A stretch of 64,000 bases of DNA from Heterodontus francisci (lineage: Eukaryota). Numbering within the stretch: position 1 is the first letter of the stretch; every line of letters begins with the position of its first letter. The stretch is taken from assembly GCF_036365525.1 (NCBI RefSeq), contig NC_090399.1:22082529-22146528 (forward strand), in the 5' to 3' direction. The notes under the pieces were generated by a model. That model was not told where the DNA came from, made no database searches, and saw nothing but the letters and a program-made list of their open reading frames with translations. Of this stretch, positions 59,990-64,000 are shown one piece after another. The position numbers and the translations under genes were made by a program.

Positions 59990-60815
59990 TATTAGAGCAT
60001 AGGAACAGGAGCATGCCACTCACCCCCATCGAGCTAGTACCACCATTCAATTAGATCATGGCTTATCAGTATGTCAGCTCCATTTACCTGTCTTAGTTCC
60101 ATATCTTTTAATACCTTTACCAACAAAGGTCCAGTGGTGGCCCACAGGAATGGGTACTGAGACCACCATTTACATCAATGATCTTCGAATGGTAAGTAGA
60201 CGAAGGCCATTTGTCCCGTCAAATCTGTGCAGCTCGTACGAAGAGCAATCCAGTTTGTTCACTCCCCTGCTCTTTCCCCATATCACTGCAATTTTCTCTA
60301 CTGGCATTTATCCAATTCTCTTCTGAAAGTTACTATTGGATGTGCACCCTATCAGGCAGCGTATTCCAAATCCTAACCACTCGTTGTGTGAATTTTTTTT
60401 TTCTCACATTGACAAACGAACCAGAGGCAATCACCTTAAATCTGTGCCATCTGATTATCAATGCTTCAGACACTGGAAACAGTTTCTCTTGATTTACTCT
60501 ATCAGTCTTTTTCAGTCAGTAGCCAGCTTCCGTCTGCCAATTGTAAAATCCTGGCCCATGCCTCTATTTACAAAGCCCAGGATCCCATATGTTTCATTAA
60601 CTGCTTTGTTAACTTGCCCTGACACCTTTAAAAATTTGTAAAGAAACACCCCTAAGTCCTTCTGTTCTTGTACCCCTTTTAACATTGTACCATTTAGCTT
60701 GCATTGTCTCCCCTCATTCATCCGACCAAAATGTATCACCTCACACCTTTCTGTGTTGAATTTTATCTGCCACGTCTTTACCCATTCCACCAGCCTGTCG
60801 ATGTCCTCCTGAAGT
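59990..60815 (-). mobile_element. CR1 3' fragments, decayed
   Basis: WVKTWQIKFNTERCEVIHFGR..QEQKDLGV; CR1 tails present. Confidence 0.75.
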
Positions 60816-61129
60816 TAAATTAAAACTTTCCTCTGAAAACTTCCATCACTACATCTCCCCACTTTTATGCCTCTGTGAATCATTTTATGACAAAATATCT
60901 TCAACATGCGAGCACACCCCAAATGGGCGTGTGTGACCAAATGAACTCATCAAACAACAGGTAATTATTGCAACATCTCATTTATTATTCAGTTACATTG
61001 TTCGCCTTCAAAGCTCTGTCACAAGGAATGTATTTTCCTTTGATATATTGTGGTGTTTCTTTGAAGTGTCACCAGAGGTCCTATCATAGCAATGCATAAC
61101 ATTTTCATAATCTGGCCACCAAGGAAAGA

Positions 61130-61545
61130 AAAAAACTTGGATTCATACAGAACCTTTCACAACCTCAAGTTGTTCTGAAATGCTTTTACAGCCAATTACA
61201 GTCACTGTTGTCATGCAGGAAACATACAAGCCAATTGGCACACAATGAGTTCCCACAAACAGCAAACTGTCCTGGCCAGGTAATCAATTTTAGTGTTGGG
61301 ATAAATATTCATCAGGACACCGGGGAGAACTCCCCTTAGAAATAGTGCTATGAGACCTTTTGCCACAGGTGGGGGTCTCAGTTTAATGTCCAATCTGAAA
61401 GACAGCACCTCAGGCATTGCAAGACATTCTCAGTACAGCACTGGGAACGTCAGTCTGGATTTTGTGCTCAGTTCTCTGGAGTGTGGCCTGCACCCATGAC
61501 CTTCTGGCTTAAAGGCAAAAGTGCTACTCACTGAGCAGTGACTCA
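61130..61545 (-). mobile_element. Deu-domain SINE (SacSINE1/AmnSINE1-like)
   Basis: gagaactcccc..aaatagtgctatgaga..ctcagtttaatgtccaatctgaaagacagcacctc..cagtacagcactgggaacgtcagtctggat is a reverse-complement Deu domain; L2-like tail at the left end. Confidence 0.7.
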
Positions 61546-61804
61546 CATCATGATATTTTCATAGATCATTCCATTGGAAATTCCTATGTACAGTTGAAAA
61601 GCAAACAAGTATTTAAACCTTTAACACAATAAAATGTCCTGAGGCATTTCGCAGGCTGCGAAGCTGACAACTGTGGGTCGTTTAGAATGAGTCAGAGAAG
61701 ATCAGAATTGAAGGGCGATGCATGGAGCAGCTGGGAAACCAAACATTAGGATTTGGGAAGAATCAGTGGCAGAATGGAAGCAAAAGTGGGATACAATGTG
61801 CATA

Positions 61805-62695
61805 GTTTAAAAATAAAATAAAATAAAATATAAAAATATAAAAAAAGGCCAGTCGTGCTCTGACGTTATTGAACTCAGTGTTCAGTCTGCGAGGCTGTAG
61901 AGTGCCTAATCAAAAGATCAGGTGCTGCTCCTCGAGCTTCTACTTCTTTCAATGTACTATACTGAATTCGCTGCTCACAATGTGGTCTCCTCTATATTGG
62001 GAGACCAAGCGCAGACTGGGTGACCGCTTTGCGGAACATCTCCGCTCGGTCCGCAAGCAGGACCCTGAGCTTCTGGTTGCTTGCCATTTCAACACTCCCC
62101 CTGCTCTCATGCTCACATTTCTGTCCTGGGATTGCTGCAGTGTTCCAGTGAACATCAACGCAAGCTCGAGGAACAGCATCTCATCTACCGATTAGGCACA
62201 CTACAGCCTGCTGGACTGAACATTGAGTTCAATAATTTCAGATCATGACAGCCCCCCATTTTACTTTCATTTTTAGTTGCTTTTACTTCTTTTTTCATTT
62301 TTACATTTTTTACAACCTTTTTCTGCATTTATTTCATTTCATCTTAGTTTGTTCATTTTGCTTACCCACTGTTTGTTTTCATGTTTACACTTGCTGCTGT
62401 TCAATATTCAGTCCGTTAACACCTATTCTGTACTGATGCATTGTCTTTCAACACACCATTAACATATTGTTTGCCTTTGTTTCATGACCTTCTGGTCATC
62501 TATGTGGCCTTGTCCAATCTGCACCTTCTCCTTTGTTATCTCTTGCCCCACTCCCACCTCACTTGCTTATAACCTGTGACTTTTTTAATATTTGTTAGTT
62601 CCGAAGAAGGGTCACTGAACCGAAACGTTAACTCTGCTTCTCTTTTCACAGATGCTGCCAGACCTGCTGAGTGGTTCCAGCATTTCTTGTTTTTA
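61805..62695. mobile_element. Penelope-like element: short - strand piece (61805-61939) joined head-to-head to a + strand 3' copy (61940-62695)
   Basis: 61850-61939 is a diverged reverse complement of 62162-62250; the + copy has ETKRRLGDRFAEH and a hammerhead-like motif at 62597-62633. Confidence 0.85.
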
Positions 62696-64000
62696 ACTCA
62701 ATACAAACCTTTTTAACTGTATCTCTGGCCACATCTCATCCCACATCCTCTGATCTCCTATAAAACATCTTTAAGTTGTTTGCTACTGGACCGGTGTGTT
62801 TCCTACATTACACCAGGAATGATACTGTGAAAGTAAGTCATTGGTTGCAAGGAATTTCAGAAGATGGACCTTTTTGTTACATGTCAAGAATGGCCACAGC
62901 ACCTGGGAGACAGTAACACAGTAAGAGTCATCAGCTCCAGGAGGGGAGTGGAGACATTTGCAGAATTGTTTTTTTTCAGCTGTACCCTCTTTGCTAGAAT
63001 TTCTCTCAGGTTGTGATAGTACTTCCAGCACAATTCACCCAAAATAATCAAACCATCACTGACGCATATTATTTGCAGCACCAATCGAGTTTCTGCATTC
63101 TTTTGCGCTGGTTCAAAAAAACATTGCACAGGAAGTTTGTCCCACGCGCAAACTGGCAACACCACCAGACTCAAAAAAAACAGACTGAATTCATCTCCAT
63201 GGTGAGTTTTCAGTAACTGTGTCCGTTTTCTGCTCTTCGAGGAGGTAATGAAAATTAAGGAGTTCTTTCTTTAGGTGTTTGGGCAATAAGAGGCAACTTT
63301 CTAAACCTTTTAATTATTCAGCAATAATTAATTTATAAAGACACTGACTTTTGCACACCGCCGAAATTAATAAATATTTCTGTATAGTTTTTTTTCAAGT
63401 AATTTCAGTTATTTAAAATTGGGTTACTCGTTAGACACTGAGTATTTTTTGCTTATCTTTTGTGCTAAACCCATTTCCAGCTGTATTAATAAAACTGCAC
63501 CAGGTGATCATTCTTAAATATATCTAGGAATATTTTTAATGCAGACTTTTTTGGGGGGAACGGAAGTTCTAAAACACTGTCCTACTGCACTGATACAAGT
63601 AAGATTTTACAATGTCTATAATCAGTTTGAGCGGAAACTTAAACAAAAAATTAAATTCGAAAAAACTAGTTCAATTTTGACCGCAATTTGCGCGCGGATT
63701 GTCAATTGCGCCCAAAGCGGAAACTCTGCCGTCATGTCCATTATCCTTGGGAGTGTGATTCACTGTTGCAAACACGCATTCAGTGAGCTTACTTTAACAC
63801 GCAATGGCTGCCTTCTATAATAAGAAGTTGCAGTGGTGCATTTAACATTTTTTTTTTTCCAAACACCATTTGTTTCCTAGAGGCTTAATCAAATAAATGG
63901 ACAGCAGGTTAAGAAAGATATTCGGACCAGTGTTACAAGCGGGAATATCTCGAAAAGAACAATTGTGTTCATCGGAAATCCACTTCAGTGGATGAGCTCT

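Noticed and set aside
63180-63210. ATG|GTGAG as the first exon of a + strand gene
   Set aside because: A single motif with no downstream exon inside the window; nearby ORFs (62783-63216) resemble nothing I recognise.

Overview
Eukaryotic, repeat-rich vertebrate DNA, almost certainly from a cartilaginous fish (shark). It carries HE1/V-SINEs, a Deu-domain SINE, many CR1/HER1-type, L2 and RTE LINEs, and Penelope-like elements. Most ORFs in the track are retroelement debris or low-complexity artefacts. The main result is a 10-exon + strand gene (CDS 1768-27577) assembled by hand from GT-AG sites with consistent phases: 1293 nt, 430 aa. It encodes a signal peptide, a Cys-less CD2/SLAM/CEACAM-type IgV domain, an IgC2 domain, five hydrophobic segments each on its own phase-1 exon, and a cytoplasmic tail with an ITIM-like SAYPSV. 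This is a two-Ig, five-transmembrane receptor; in mammals the Ig plus 5-TM layout is known essentially only from CD47. Also present: a decayed IgV exon of a related IgSF gene on the - strand (about 52.9-53.3 kb), a young RTE with an open ORF in intron 1, a solo LTR just after the stop codon, minimal hammerhead-ribozyme motifs in Penelope tails, a CR1 flanked by a 60-bp direct repeat, a hAT MITE, and an internally deleted MULE transposase next to an NRF1/CRE-rich CpG segment. No searches were run. Family names come from motif recognition, and repeat boundaries are approximate.
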